From Bacteroidota bacterium (GTDB lineage: Bacteria > Bacteroidota > Ignavibacteria > SZUA-365), in assembly GCA_049663345.1 (NCBI GenBank), contig JBATDG010000075.1, positions 11,793 to 75,792 on the forward strand: DNA of 64,000 nt, in the 5' to 3' direction. Positions within the stretch are counted from its first letter, which is position 1, and each line of letters begins with the position of its first letter. A model generated the notes under the pieces. The model saw nothing but the letters and a program-made list of their open reading frames with translations, did no database searches and was not told the origin of the DNA. Made by a program: the position numbers and the translations under genes. Shown piece by piece: positions 1 through 8,941 of the stretch.

Positions 1-305
1 CGAAGCTCGATGTGCTCAGCGGTCTTGAGGAAATCAAGGTTTGCGTCGGCTACGAGTACGACGGCAAGCGCACAGAGCATTTCCAGACCAATCTTCGCAC
101 ACTCGAACGCATGCGTCCTGTGTACGAGACCTTCCCCGGATGGGAAGATGATCTCACAGGTATGACCTCATATGAGCAGCTGCCGGCGAATGCAAAATCC
201 TATGTGACGGCGCTGGAAGAAATGATTGGCGCGCGTGTCGCTTGCGTCAGTGTCGGACCCAAGCGGACACAGATCCTGTTTCCGGGAGACGAAGCTGCGT
301 GGTAA
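1..305 (+). CDS. purA: adenylosuccinate synthetase, C-terminal fragment (5' end outside window)
   Basis: Translation VCVGYEYDGKRTEHFQTNLRTLERMRPVYETFPGWEDDLTGMTSYEQLPANAKSYV...VGPKRTQ matches the conserved C-terminus of PurA. The ORF runs to the window edge and stops at TAA 303-305. Confidence 0.85.
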   Translation, partial: KLDVLSGLEEIKVCVGYEYDGKRTEHFQTNLRTLERMRPVYETFPGWEDDLTGMTSYEQLPANAKSYVTALEEMIGARVACVSVGPKRTQILFPGDEAAW

Positions 306-1408
306 TGCTGGAGCGCCATAGCGAACGCATGGTGCTGCTGGCCGAGGGCCGTTTAAGCTCGATAGGCCTGCGCATGGTGATCGCCGCGCTGCTGTACATT
401 CCCGACCGCATTGTTGCCGTTATTGACAGCACCAAGGAGCGGGGCACCACCCAGGGAGTAATCGGTTTCGGCGGCGAGACTCCCATAGTGCCGACGCTCG
501 AAGAAGCGATGAAGTTCAAGCCCGATTCGATGCTTATCGGAATCACCCCGATGGGGGGACAACTTCCCGAGAGCTGGAGACATATCATTCGCAACGCTCT
601 GGATTCAGGACTGCATATTGTCAGCGGGCTCAAACAGTCGCTGAGGAAAGATCCGGAATTCGCTGTCATCGCTGACGAAAAGGGACTCAGAATCCACGAC
701 CTGCATCAGGTTTCGAAAAGTCACCTTATCCGTGCGCAGGGAAGCTGGCGCCGCCGAAATATCAACACCATTCTCACAGTCGGAACTGATTCCAATACTG
801 GTAAAATGACTACCGCGCTGATGCTGCATCGCGAGATGCTGCGGAGGGGAATGAACGTTGCGCTTATTGGTACGGGACCGACGGGCATTCTCATCAGCGG
901 ACGCGGCGTTTCCATCGAAGATATTCCCGCCGATTTCATCAACGGCGCGATCGAATTCGAGATCGACAAGGCCGCGAACGAAGGATACGAGTACGTGATT
1001 GTTGAAGGGCAGGGAGCGCTGTCGAATTGCGGGAATTCACCGATTGCTCTGGGATTGCTGCATGGCGCCATGCCGGACGCGATGATCCTGTGTCATCAGC
1101 CCTCGCGCGAAACCGACGGCTACGGACTTCCCATGCCCGATCTCGCCGATACGATTTCTCTCCATGAGCGCATGATTCGGGTGTTCAAGAAAGCGGATGT
1201 GATCGGTGTCGGACTCAATTCGATGGACCTCAACAAAGAAGACTATCGGTTGACCATCGCTGAGATAGAGCGAGCGACCGGATTGATGGCTGTCGACTCG
1301 CTGCGTGAATCAGCCGCTCCGCTGGTCGATGCGCTGTTGGATTATTTCTCCAAATACAATAAGGTTGTGCTTCCGCACGAAGTGAGTGAGATCCGGGACA
1401 GGGTGTAA
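305..1408 (+). CDS. DUF1611-family protein (Rossmann-like N-terminal domain plus P-loop-like C-terminal domain)
   Basis: ATG at 305 overlaps the purA stop (TAATG). Motifs GTDSNTGKMTTALML and VIVEGQGALSNCGNS are typical of DUF1611 proteins. Start chosen as the first in-frame ATG after the overlap. Confidence 0.6.
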   Translation: MLERHSERMVLLAEGRLSSIGLRMVIAALLYIPDRIVAVIDSTKERGTTQGVIGFGGETPIVPTLEEAMKFKPDSMLIGITPMGGQLPESWRHIIRNALDSGLHIVSGLKQSLRKDPEFAVIADEKGLRIHDLHQVSKSHLIRAQGSWRRRNINTILTVGTDSNTGKMTTALMLHREMLRRGMNVALIGTGPTGILISGRGVSIEDIPADFINGAIEFEIDKAANEGYEYVIVEGQGALSNCGNSPIALGLLHGAMPDAMILCHQPSRETDGYGLPMPDLADTISLHERMIRVFKKADVIGVGLNSMDLNKEDYRLTIAEIERATGLMAVDSLRESAAPLVDALLDYFSKYNKVVLPHEVSEIRDRV

Positions 1409-1535
1409 GGGACGCGTTGGGGGGACCCAACACAATTGGTGAATAAGAATCGGGACAGGTTGTGAGGGACGCGTAGGGGTGAGCTGCGCAATGAGCGTGT
1501 GGAATTCGGGATACGGTGCGTAGGGGCGAGCCAAC
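1394..1535. repeat. degenerate direct repeats with ~57-bp period (cgggacaggNtgtRagggacgcgtNgggg), three copies
   Basis: Copies begin at 1394, 1451 and 1508. The first 29 bp are near-identical between copies 1 and 2. Copy 1 overlaps the DUF1611 stop codon. Confidence 0.6.
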
Positions 1536-1607
1536 GTGGGATACACTCGGGGAGAGATTCGCCGCCACGAACATTAAAATCAGGCTTACATAACTTTCGG
1601 CATTGTA

Positions 1608-1718
1608 TACGCTCCGCCCGGGTTGGACGACTTCCGTCACGCTCTACGCTCCGCCCGGGTTGGACGATTCCCGTTGCGCTATAGCTCCGCCCGGGTTGGA
1701 CGATTGCCGTTGCGCTGC
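1608..1718. repeat. 37-bp tandem repeat x3 (tacgctccgcccgggttggacgaNtNccgtYRcgctN)
   Basis: Three head-to-tail units at 1608-1644, 1645-1681 and 1682-1718 with 3-4 mismatches between units. Confidence 0.85.
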
Positions 1719-1892
1719 ACCGCAAGGCAGCGGTGGGACGCGGGTGGGAGAGTTGAATTTTCGTTTTCGAAGGGAAAAACAGCCAACCCATCGGCATCCG
1801 GCAAAAAAATCGTGTCGGTAACCTCAATAAAACCATCGATTCCAGCGTGTTTTCCGCGCTTCAAAAATATTTTTTTCTGTGGGAGAAAAGTG

Positions 1893-1927
1893 CTTGACTC
1901 TGAGTTTCAAATGCGTAATTTTGGGTG
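1893..1927 (+). promoter_or_regulatory. candidate Bacteroidetes-type promoter (TTG ... TAATTTTG) for the dcw operon
   Basis: cTTGactctgagtttcaaatgcgTAATTTTGggtg: the -7-like box TAnnTTTG lies ~19 nt after a TTG, ~50 nt upstream of the mraZ ATG. Assignment is by eye only. Confidence 0.3.
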
Positions 1928-1966
1928 AAAGTGGGTAGAAGTGGGAGGAAATGGAATAACGTGGCG
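1921..1966 (+). promoter_or_regulatory. MraZ-box-like array: GTGG(G) direct repeats at exact 10-bp spacing in the mraZ leader
   Basis: tTGGGTgaaaGTGGGtagaaGTGGGaggaaaTGGAataacGTGGCgg: repeat cores at 1922, 1931, 1941, 1951 and 1961. MraZ proteins bind spaced direct TGGG/GTGG repeats upstream of mraZ. Confidence 0.55.
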
Positions 1967-1975
1967 GCTGAGTAA

Positions 1976-2428
1976 ATGGCAGGTTTTAAAGGCAAATACG
2001 ATCATTCTGTGGACGACAAAGGGCGAGTAAGTCTCCCTTCCAAGATCCGCAAGGCCCTCACCCCGGAGGCGAAGGATTCTTTTGTCATTACCCGCGGCTA
2101 CGAAAACAGTCTTGTTCTCTATCCGCTTGATGCGTGGAACCGCTACGAAGCCCAGATGACCGCGGAACTGAACACGCACAGGGAGGAAGATCGTCTGTTT
2201 GTGCGCATGATCATGATGTGGGCGCAGGAAGTCACATTGGACAAACAGTCGCGCATCATGGTACCGCAGGAGCTGATGGAAATCTCCGGGATCACATCCC
2301 AGGTAGTGATCATCGGCGCATTGGAAAAAATTGAAATCTGGAGTCCGGAATACTTCCGTGCCTACAACGAGCGTTTTGCTGACACGACCTATGAGGCCGT
2401 GGCTGCGCGCGTCATGGGAGGAGTGTGA
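1976..2428 (+). CDS. mraZ: transcriptional regulator MraZ
   Basis: MAGFKGKYDHSVDDKGRVSLPSKIRKAL... shows the duplicated MraZ/SpoVT-AbrB-like fold signature. It is the first gene of the dcw cluster. Confidence 0.9.
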   Translation: MAGFKGKYDHSVDDKGRVSLPSKIRKALTPEAKDSFVITRGYENSLVLYPLDAWNRYEAQMTAELNTHREEDRLFVRMIMMWAQEVTLDKQSRIMVPQELMEISGITSQVVIIGALEKIEIWSPEYFRAYNERFADTTYEAVAARVMGGV

Positions 2429-3369
2429 TGCAGCATGAAGATGCGGGCTATCACATACCGGTACTTCTCGAGCGTTCGATCGAGCTTCTCGTCACCGATC
2501 CGGCTGGGGTCTATGTAGACGGGACGCTCGGAGGCGGCGGTCATAGCCGTCTTTTGCTGAGTAAACTCGGAGAGAATAGTCGCGTCCTTGGTTTTGACCA
2601 GGACGAAGACGCAGTACAACACGCACAGAAGCTGTTCGCCGACGATCGCCGTATGACTGTCGTTCACAGCAATGTGGTCCATCTGAGCAACGTTCTCCAA
2701 CAAAACGAAATCCCTTTGATCGATGGCATCCTGCTTGACCTGGGCGTGTCGTCGCATCAGATAGATATACCGCAGAGAGGCTTCAGTATCCGATTTGAAG
2801 GCCCTCTCGACATGAGAATGGACCGCGAGAATACAGTGACTGCAGCAGACATCATAGCGCAAAGCTCGGAAGAGGAACTGGCGGACATTTTCTTCACCTA
2901 TGGTGAGGAGAGAAACAGCCGGCGCATCGCCCGTGCAGTCGTTCAGGCGCGAAGAATTCAGCCGCTGAAGGACACTGCGCGGCTGGTTGAAGTTATCAGC
3001 GCTGCCACCTCGCCGGTGCATCGGAGCAAGTCGCTTGCCCGCATTTTTCAGTCCCTGCGCATAGCCGTCAATGACGAACTGCAGGTTCTGAAAGACACCC
3101 TCGCGCAAGCAATGGAAGTGATGAAGGTCGGTGGCCACATCGTGGTCATTTCCTACCATTCGCTCGAAGACCGCATCGTCAAGCATTTTCTGCGGCACGA
3201 GGTTTCTTCATGTGTATGTCCGCCTCAGACGCCGATATGCGTCTGCGGCAAAATCAAACGAATCAAATTGCTTCACAGCAAGCATATAGAGGCAGATGAG
3301 AACGAAATACGTCGAAATCAACGAGCCCGCAGTGCCCGCCTTCGCGCAGGTGAAAAGATTCACGCGTAA
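2425..3369 (+). CDS. rsmH: 16S rRNA (cytosine1402-N4)-methyltransferase RsmH/MraW
   Basis: Start overlaps the mraZ stop (GTGATG). HIPVLLERSIELL...GTLGGGGHS SAM-binding motif. Conserved position after mraZ. Confidence 0.9.
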   Translation: MMQHEDAGYHIPVLLERSIELLVTDPAGVYVDGTLGGGGHSRLLLSKLGENSRVLGFDQDEDAVQHAQKLFADDRRMTVVHSNVVHLSNVLQQNEIPLIDGILLDLGVSSHQIDIPQRGFSIRFEGPLDMRMDRENTVTAADIIAQSSEEELADIFFTYGEERNSRRIARAVVQARRIQPLKDTARLVEVISAATSPVHRSKSLARIFQSLRIAVNDELQVLKDTLAQAMEVMKVGGHIVVISYHSLEDRIVKHFLRHEVSSCVCPPQTPICVCGKIKRIKLLHSKHIEADENEIRRNQRARSARLRAGEKIHA

Positions 3370-3373
3370 GCGG

Positions 3374-3763
3374 ATGCAGCCGGTCCTCAGCGGTCTTTCG
3401 CAGGGTGCTTCATCTACGGGCATCCCGCTCGACTACGAACAGGCAGCGCCCGTGCGTGCACGCAGGATCAAAGGTCTGACGACCTTCAATATCGTGCTTG
3501 TGCTCATAGTGTTCGCGGTGCTGGTGGTTGTCTACATCTCGAACGTTGTAGCTGTTGACGGACTCATGACGGAGCAGATCGGACTGGAACGAGAGGAGCA
3601 GCTTCTGCTGCAGGAGCGAGAAACCCTGCGTGCGGAGATTAACATGCTTTCCAGCTACAATCGCATTCAGGCGATCGCCACCGAAAAATTGGGCCTCGTG
3701 CATGCAAATCAGCAGCCGTATTCGTTGACCGTGTTCGGAATGTCCCCGAACACCACGAAGTAA
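3374..3763 (+). CDS. ftsL: cell division protein FtsL-like (single TM helix plus coiled coil)
   Basis: Short bitopic protein with TM helix LTTFNIVLVLIVFAVLVVVYI followed by coiled coil EQLLLQERETLRAEINML, sitting between rsmH and ftsI. I moved the ORF-track start (3296) to the ATG at 3374 just after the rsmH stop. Confidence 0.7.
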   Translation: MQPVLSGLSQGASSTGIPLDYEQAAPVRARRIKGLTTFNIVLVLIVFAVLVVVYISNVVAVDGLMTEQIGLEREEQLLLQERETLRAEINMLSSYNRIQAIATEKLGLVHANQQPYSLTVFGMSPNTTK

Positions 3764-3773
3764 TCAGAGACAG

Positions 3774-5945
3774 GTGCCGTTGGAACCCTACGATTATAGA
3801 CCAGGACGAAATGAGGATCTCCGGATTCTGCAGAGACAGCAGAGTTCGGTGCGCATGTATATGCTCATTACCATTTTTCTGACCGGATTCTTCGCCATTC
3901 TGGTCAAGCTTTTTGTTATTCAGGTCCGCGATGCGGAAAAGCTGCAGGAAATGGCGCGCATCCAGTACGAGAGCCGGGAGATCATCAGGCCCGTCCGCGG
4001 TCTGATCCTTGATCGCAATCTTTCCATTCTTGCCTCCAACGTGACCGAATACACGCTTTCTGTCGATCCCTCTGTTATTGATTGCCCCGACACCGTCGCA
4101 CGCTTCATCTCCAGGGCTCTTGGCATACCGTACCAGAGCATGTTGAAGCATTTCCGCGATACCACTGTCCAGTACGACATCATCCAAAAACACATTCCGG
4201 AAGAAATCGCCGATAAATTCGACGGTTGGTCCTGCTATGGTGTGCGTATGCGGTCTTTCCCGCGGCGGCGCTACAATTTCAACGCACTCGCGGGTCCGGT
4301 GATCGGCTACACGAACATCGACAATAGCGGACAGAGTGGAATGGAACTGGAGATGAACAGCGAGCTATCCGGCAAGGAAGGGTTCATCGTCTATCAGCGC
4401 AATGCACGCGGCACGCGCCGGCCTGAGGTAGACTATCCGAAAGTGGAACCGGTGAACGGCCGCAGCGTAGTGCTCACGATCAGTCAGGTGTATCAGTCCA
4501 TCGCTGAAGAGGAACTCGCCCGCGGCGTCACGCTGCACGAGGCGGAGTCCGGCCGCTGCATCATCCTGCAGCCGAAGACCGGGGAAATTCTCGCCATGGC
4601 AAACGTGCCAAGCATCGATCCCAACAAGCTTTCCGAATATACTCCGGAAAAAGCGCGTAACCGCGCAGTGACGGATCTCTACGAGCCGGGCTCCACGTTT
4701 AAAATCGTTGCCATGAGCGGTGCACTCAATGAAGGATTGCACAAACCGCAGGACCGCATCAACGCCGAAGGCGGCAAGTGGCTGTACAACGCAAAACTTA
4801 AACCGATCGTAGACGATCATCCCTATGCTTCGCTCACCCTGCGCGGCGCCTTCGAGCACAGCTCTAACATCGTTTCTGCGAAACTCGCCAATGAACTGGG
4901 CGACGAACGCTTCTACAAATATGCACGGAATTTCGGCTTTGGAGTGAAGACCGGTATCGAGATGCCGGGCGAGCTCAACGGAGACCTTCGCAAGCCTCTT
5001 GATTGGGACGGCACGACGCTCAACTACCTGGCATTCGGCTACGGCCTCGCCGTGACGCCGCTGCAGATCGCCTGCGCTTACGCAGCGATCGCGAACGACG
5101 GAGTGCTGATGCGGCCGTTCATTCGCAAATGGATGCTTGATGCGGACCGCAACATCGTCGACGAAACCGTGCCGCAGGTCGTCCGCCGCGTCGTCTCCTC
5201 CGAGACCTCCCGCATCATGCGCGGCTTCATGCAGGGTGTGGTCGACAGCGGTACCGCGAAACTGGCGAAGATCGAAGGAATGAATATCGGCGGAAAAACC
5301 GGTACCTCTCAGCGGCTCGTCAACGGCTCCTACTCCAATAAATCGCATGTGGCGTCGTTTGTTGGATTCTTCCCTGTTGAAGATCCGGAAGTCCTTATCC
5401 TCGTGATCCTTGATGCGCCGAAGCGCGGGTATTACGGCGGAACCACAGCCGGACCGATTTTCCGCACGATTGCGATGCGCATCATCAACTCGTCGAGCGA
5501 TTTTGCGAAAAAGCCGGAACCTCTGTATGCGTCTTTCAAAGGCTCCGACCGGGTGCGCGTACCTAATGTCCGCGGCATGCGGGCCGACATGGCCAGCCAG
5601 GTGCTCAAGGCACATGGCTTCAACATGGAAACCGTCGGCAGCGGTGAACTCGTGGCCGAGCAGCTTCCGGCCGAAAACGCATTCTCCGAACGCCGCACTC
5701 CCGTCACTGTGCGGCTCATTGGCGCGAATCGGGCAGGGAAGGACGATCTGGTGCGGGTACCCGACGTTGTGGGAATGTCGCTGCGCCAGGCAATGAATTT
5801 TATCAAAGGCATGAATCTCGAACCGAGTCCGATAGGCAGCGGTGTCGTCGGCTCCCAATATCCTGCTGCGGGAGAGCTTGTCCCCCGCGGAACGCGCTGC
5901 ACGCTCGATGGCGAGGCGCGCACGGTCACGGCAAACCTGTACTAG
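3774..5945 (+). CDS. ftsI: peptidoglycan D,D-transpeptidase FtsI (class B PBP) with two C-terminal PASTA domains
   Basis: PBP dimerisation and transpeptidase motifs (STFK, SSN, KTGT at ...GGKTGTSQ). Two PASTA-like repeats (VPNVRGMRADMASQVLKAHGF..., VPDVVGMSLRQAMNFIKGMNL...). The GTG start at 3774 is uncertain; an alternative is ATG 3855. Confidence 0.85.
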   Translation: MPLEPYDYRPGRNEDLRILQRQQSSVRMYMLITIFLTGFFAILVKLFVIQVRDAEKLQEMARIQYESREIIRPVRGLILDRNLSILASNVTEYTLSVDPSVIDCPDTVARFISRALGIPYQSMLKHFRDTTVQYDIIQKHIPEEIADKFDGWSCYGVRMRSFPRRRYNFNALAGPVIGYTNIDNSGQSGMELEMNSELSGKEGFIVYQRNARGTRRPEVDYPKVEPVNGRSVVLTISQVYQSIAEEELARGVTLHEAESGRCIILQPKTGEILAMANVPSIDPNKLSEYTPEKARNRAVTDLYEPGSTFKIVAMSGALNEGLHKPQDRINAEGGKWLYNAKLKPIVDDHPYASLTLRGAFEHSSNIVSAKLANELGDERFYKYARNFGFGVKTGIEMPGELNGDLRKPLDWDGTTLNYLAFGYGLAVTPLQIACAYAAIANDGVLMRPFIRKWMLDADRNIVDETVPQVVRRVVSSETSRIMRGFMQGVVDSGTAKLAKIEGMNIGGKTGTSQRLVNGSYSNKSHVASFVGFFPVEDPEVLILVILDAPKRGYYGGTTAGPIFRTIAMRIINSSSDFAKKPEPLYASFKGSDRVRVPNVRGMRADMASQVLKAHGFNMETVGSGELVAEQLPAENAFSERRTPVTVRLIGANRAGKDDLVRVPDVVGMSLRQAMNFIKGMNLEPSPIGSGVVGSQYPAAGELVPRGTRCTLDGEARTVTANLY

Positions 5946-5969
5946 ACCGAAATCCTGAATCAGAGTGAA

Positions 5970-7526
5970 ATGATGTTTAACCAGGTCGCAACAAATCTTC
6001 TCGCTTTTCCTGCCAGTGCGCGGCTGTCCGAGATCATCAACGATCTCCCGGTTGTCACGCTGATTGGTCCGTGGGATGCCAGCATCGCCGGTATCACTAC
6101 GGATTCGCGCCAGGTAAAGCAGGGCTGGATGTTTGTAGCCACCCAGGGTGAACATACCGATGGCCACCATTTCGCACAGTCCGCCATGGAACGGGGTGCC
6201 AGTTGTGTCGTCGTATCCCTGCTTCATTACCAGACACACCTCCATCACCTGCTCACACCCGCTTTCTGCCAGCATACCGGAACTACCGTCGTTGTTGTGC
6301 AAGACACCCGCGCCGCGGTGGCGCTGCTCGCCGACCGGTTCTACCATTCGCCTTCGCGCGACCTCAAGCTGGTCGGCATAACGGGTACCAACGGGAAGAC
6401 GACGGTTTCGTATCTCATTTCCTCCATTCTCGAGGCCGCTGGCATCCGTTCCGGCCTTCTCGGTACTGTCGCATATCGCATTGGCAATACAGTTCGTCCG
6501 GCGCCGTATACCACGCCGCCTGCTGAGGACCTTCATGCGCTATTCGCAGAAATGCGTTCCGCCGGCTGCAGCACCGCCATCATGGAAGTATCGTCGCATG
6601 CACTTGTGCTCGACCGTGTTCAGGGCATTGAGTTCGACGTTTCGGTGTTCACCAATCTCACGCAGGACCATCTCGATTTTCATCGCAGCATGGCAGCCTA
6701 TCGCGACGCGAAAGCATTGCTTTTCGGCAGCCACACCCGGGGCATCGGATTGATCAACAGTGACGATCCGCATGCAGCCGACATGAAAGGACTGCCCGCA
6801 CGGCGGCGTAAAACTTATGGAATGAAGGGACGTCCTTCATTTCACATGCGCGATCTGCAGCTAAGTTCGAAAGGGAGCAAACTGACCGTCGATTATCGGG
6901 GCGAATCCTATGTCATCACCTCGCCCCTGCTGGGCGGATTCAATGCCTACAACCTGACTGCCGCTTTTGCTACGGGAGTCCTGTTGGGAATTGATCCGGC
7001 GATTGCGATTAAAGGACTCCGGCGTATGAAAAACGTGCCGGGCCGCTTCGAACGGATCGTTTCCGCAGACGGTGTGACCGCTATCGTGGATTATTCGCAT
7101 ACGCCTGACGCTCTTACCAAAGCGCTGCAGACATCGCGCGACCTGCTTGGCGACGGACGGCTTATCGCTGTGTTCGGCTGCGGCGGAGATCGCGATCAGG
7201 TCAAGCGTCCGCTGATGGGAGCCGCAGCGGCAACGCTCAGCGACGTGACCGTCATTACTTCTGACAATCCCCGTACAGAAGATCCGGATGCCATTATCCG
7301 CGATATCCTTGCGGGCGTTCCCGAGGGACTGCCGGTGCAGGTAAAGCCGAACCGGAAAACCGCGATTCACCATGCGCTGCGGATGGCTCGTCCCGGAGAC
7401 ATTGTGCTCGTCGCCGGGAAGGGACATGAGAATTACCAGATCATCGGCACGACGCGCCGTCATTTTGATGACCGTGAAGTCGTGCGGGCGTTCTTCGAAA
7501 GCAAGCGCGGAGGAGTGAAGGCATGA
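5970..7526 (+). CDS. murE: UDP-N-acetylmuramoyl-L-alanyl-D-glutamate--2,6-diaminopimelate ligase
   Basis: GITGTNGKTT P-loop of the Mur ligase family. The DNPR motif (SDNPRTEDP) is diagnostic for meso-DAP-adding MurE. Confidence 0.9.
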   Translation: MMFNQVATNLLAFPASARLSEIINDLPVVTLIGPWDASIAGITTDSRQVKQGWMFVATQGEHTDGHHFAQSAMERGASCVVVSLLHYQTHLHHLLTPAFCQHTGTTVVVVQDTRAAVALLADRFYHSPSRDLKLVGITGTNGKTTVSYLISSILEAAGIRSGLLGTVAYRIGNTVRPAPYTTPPAEDLHALFAEMRSAGCSTAIMEVSSHALVLDRVQGIEFDVSVFTNLTQDHLDFHRSMAAYRDAKALLFGSHTRGIGLINSDDPHAADMKGLPARRRKTYGMKGRPSFHMRDLQLSSKGSKLTVDYRGESYVITSPLLGGFNAYNLTAAFATGVLLGIDPAIAIKGLRRMKNVPGRFERIVSADGVTAIVDYSHTPDALTKALQTSRDLLGDGRLIAVFGCGGDRDQVKRPLMGAAAATLSDVTVITSDNPRTEDPDAIIRDILAGVPEGLPVQVKPNRKTAIHHALRMARPGDIVLVAGKGHENYQIIGTTRRHFDDREVVRAFFESKRGGVKA

Positions 7527-8938
7527 CACTCCGCATTTCAAATCTACTGACCATTTCCCATGTGCGCGCCATCAATCTTGAGGCGGTATCCGATGCCGCA
7601 ATCGGATCCGTCGCAACCGATTCCCGCACGGCCGGCCGGGGTGATGTGTTCGTCGCATTCCGGGGAAGCCGGGTCGATGCGCATGATTTCGTTGCAGACG
7701 TCTGCAAACGCGGCGCGCTATGCTGCGTCGTCGAGCAGCGCTGGTACCGGCGCAACGCCGCCGCGGTGAGCGGGCTGCCTCTGTTCGTGGTTAAGGACAG
7801 CATGCTTGCCTACGGCGCAATCGCGCAGCTGCACCGCGCACAATTCAATGTTCCGGTTTTAGCCATCACCGGCAGCAACGGCAAGACCAGCACGAGGGAA
7901 ATGGTAGCGGCGGTGCTTCGCAGCAAATTCCGCGTGCTCGCCACAGATGGAAATTTCAACAATCATATCGGACTCCCCGCGACGCTGCTGCGTCTGACGC
8001 CCGAGCATCAGATTGTCGTCACAGAAATGGGTACCAACCAGCCGGGCGACATTGCGTATCTATGCGGGATTGCGAATCCCACTCACGGATTGATCACCAA
8101 CATCGGCCGTGCGCATATCGAAAAACTGATTTCCCGCGAAGGCATCGCCGAAGAAAAGGGAGTTTTGTATTCTTCTCTGCCTGCGGACGGAGTCGCCCTG
8201 ATCAATGCCGATGAGCCGCTGCTGCGAATCAAACTTCCGCGCCGCGTACGCAGCATTCGCTACGGCACCCGCAAAGGCAGCGACGTGCGGATCGCCGATG
8301 TAAAGCTTGATCGTTCCGGCCGCGTGCAGCTTCGCATCGAAGCGCCGGAGTTCACTGCGAAGCCCATCACGATTCGTCTGAAGGCGGTCGGCCGTCATTC
8401 CGCATACAATGCCGCAGCTGCGGTTGCCGCAGGATTCGCTTTCGGCTGCGGCGTATCGAAAATCAAAGCTGCGCTGGAATCGGTAGAGAGCTTCGACAAA
8501 CGGCTGCAGATTGGAAGCGCGCGAGAGATTACCGTTATCAACGATACCTACAACGCCAACCCGGATTCGATGCTGGCCGCCATAGATCTTCTGCAGCAGA
8601 TCAAGATCGACGGAGCACGCTGTGTGGTTCTGGGCGACATGCTCGAACTGGGAAAGGCCACCCGCAGTGAGCATGAAGCACTTGGCGCGGCGCTCGCTGC
8701 AACAGGTATTCCCTATGTGTTGACGTATGGCCGTCATGCCCGCGCCATCAGCCGGGCGGTGCTCGGTGTGGCGAAAGTGGCGATGCATTTCACCGACAAA
8801 GCAGCACTGTGCGAAACGCTGGATGCATTACTTGCTCCCGGCGACGCAGTGCTCATCAAAGGATCACGCAGCATGCGGATGGAAGACGTCGCTGCACATC
8901 TGCTTCAAAGTGATACCATCGAGGAGGCGCACGCATAA
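7523..8938 (+). CDS. murF: UDP-N-acetylmuramoyl-tripeptide--D-alanyl-D-alanine ligase
   Basis: ATGA start/stop overlap with murE. ITGSNGKTSTREM P-loop and Mur ligase C-terminal domain. Confidence 0.88.
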   Translation: MTLRISNLLTISHVRAINLEAVSDAAIGSVATDSRTAGRGDVFVAFRGSRVDAHDFVADVCKRGALCCVVEQRWYRRNAAAVSGLPLFVVKDSMLAYGAIAQLHRAQFNVPVLAITGSNGKTSTREMVAAVLRSKFRVLATDGNFNNHIGLPATLLRLTPEHQIVVTEMGTNQPGDIAYLCGIANPTHGLITNIGRAHIEKLISREGIAEEKGVLYSSLPADGVALINADEPLLRIKLPRRVRSIRYGTRKGSDVRIADVKLDRSGRVQLRIEAPEFTAKPITIRLKAVGRHSAYNAAAAVAAGFAFGCGVSKIKAALESVESFDKRLQIGSAREITVINDTYNANPDSMLAAIDLLQQIKIDGARCVVLGDMLELGKATRSEHEALGAALAATGIPYVLTYGRHARAISRAVLGVAKVAMHFTDKAALCETLDALLAPGDAVLIKGSRSMRMEDVAAHLLQSDTIEEAHA

Positions 8939-8941
8939 GTT

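Noticed and set aside
4365-6536. 723-aa ORF on the minus strand, plus other long antisense ORFs (14147-15640, 16156-17160, 18889-19890, 36983-38017, 49033-49869, 52028-53179, 59578-60456)
   Set aside because: Each lies fully antisense to a well-supported conserved gene (ftsI/murE, murC, ftsQ, ftsZ, S9 peptidase and others). High GC suppresses stop codons on the opposite strand. The translations are low-complexity and Arg/Ala-rich with no recognisable motifs.
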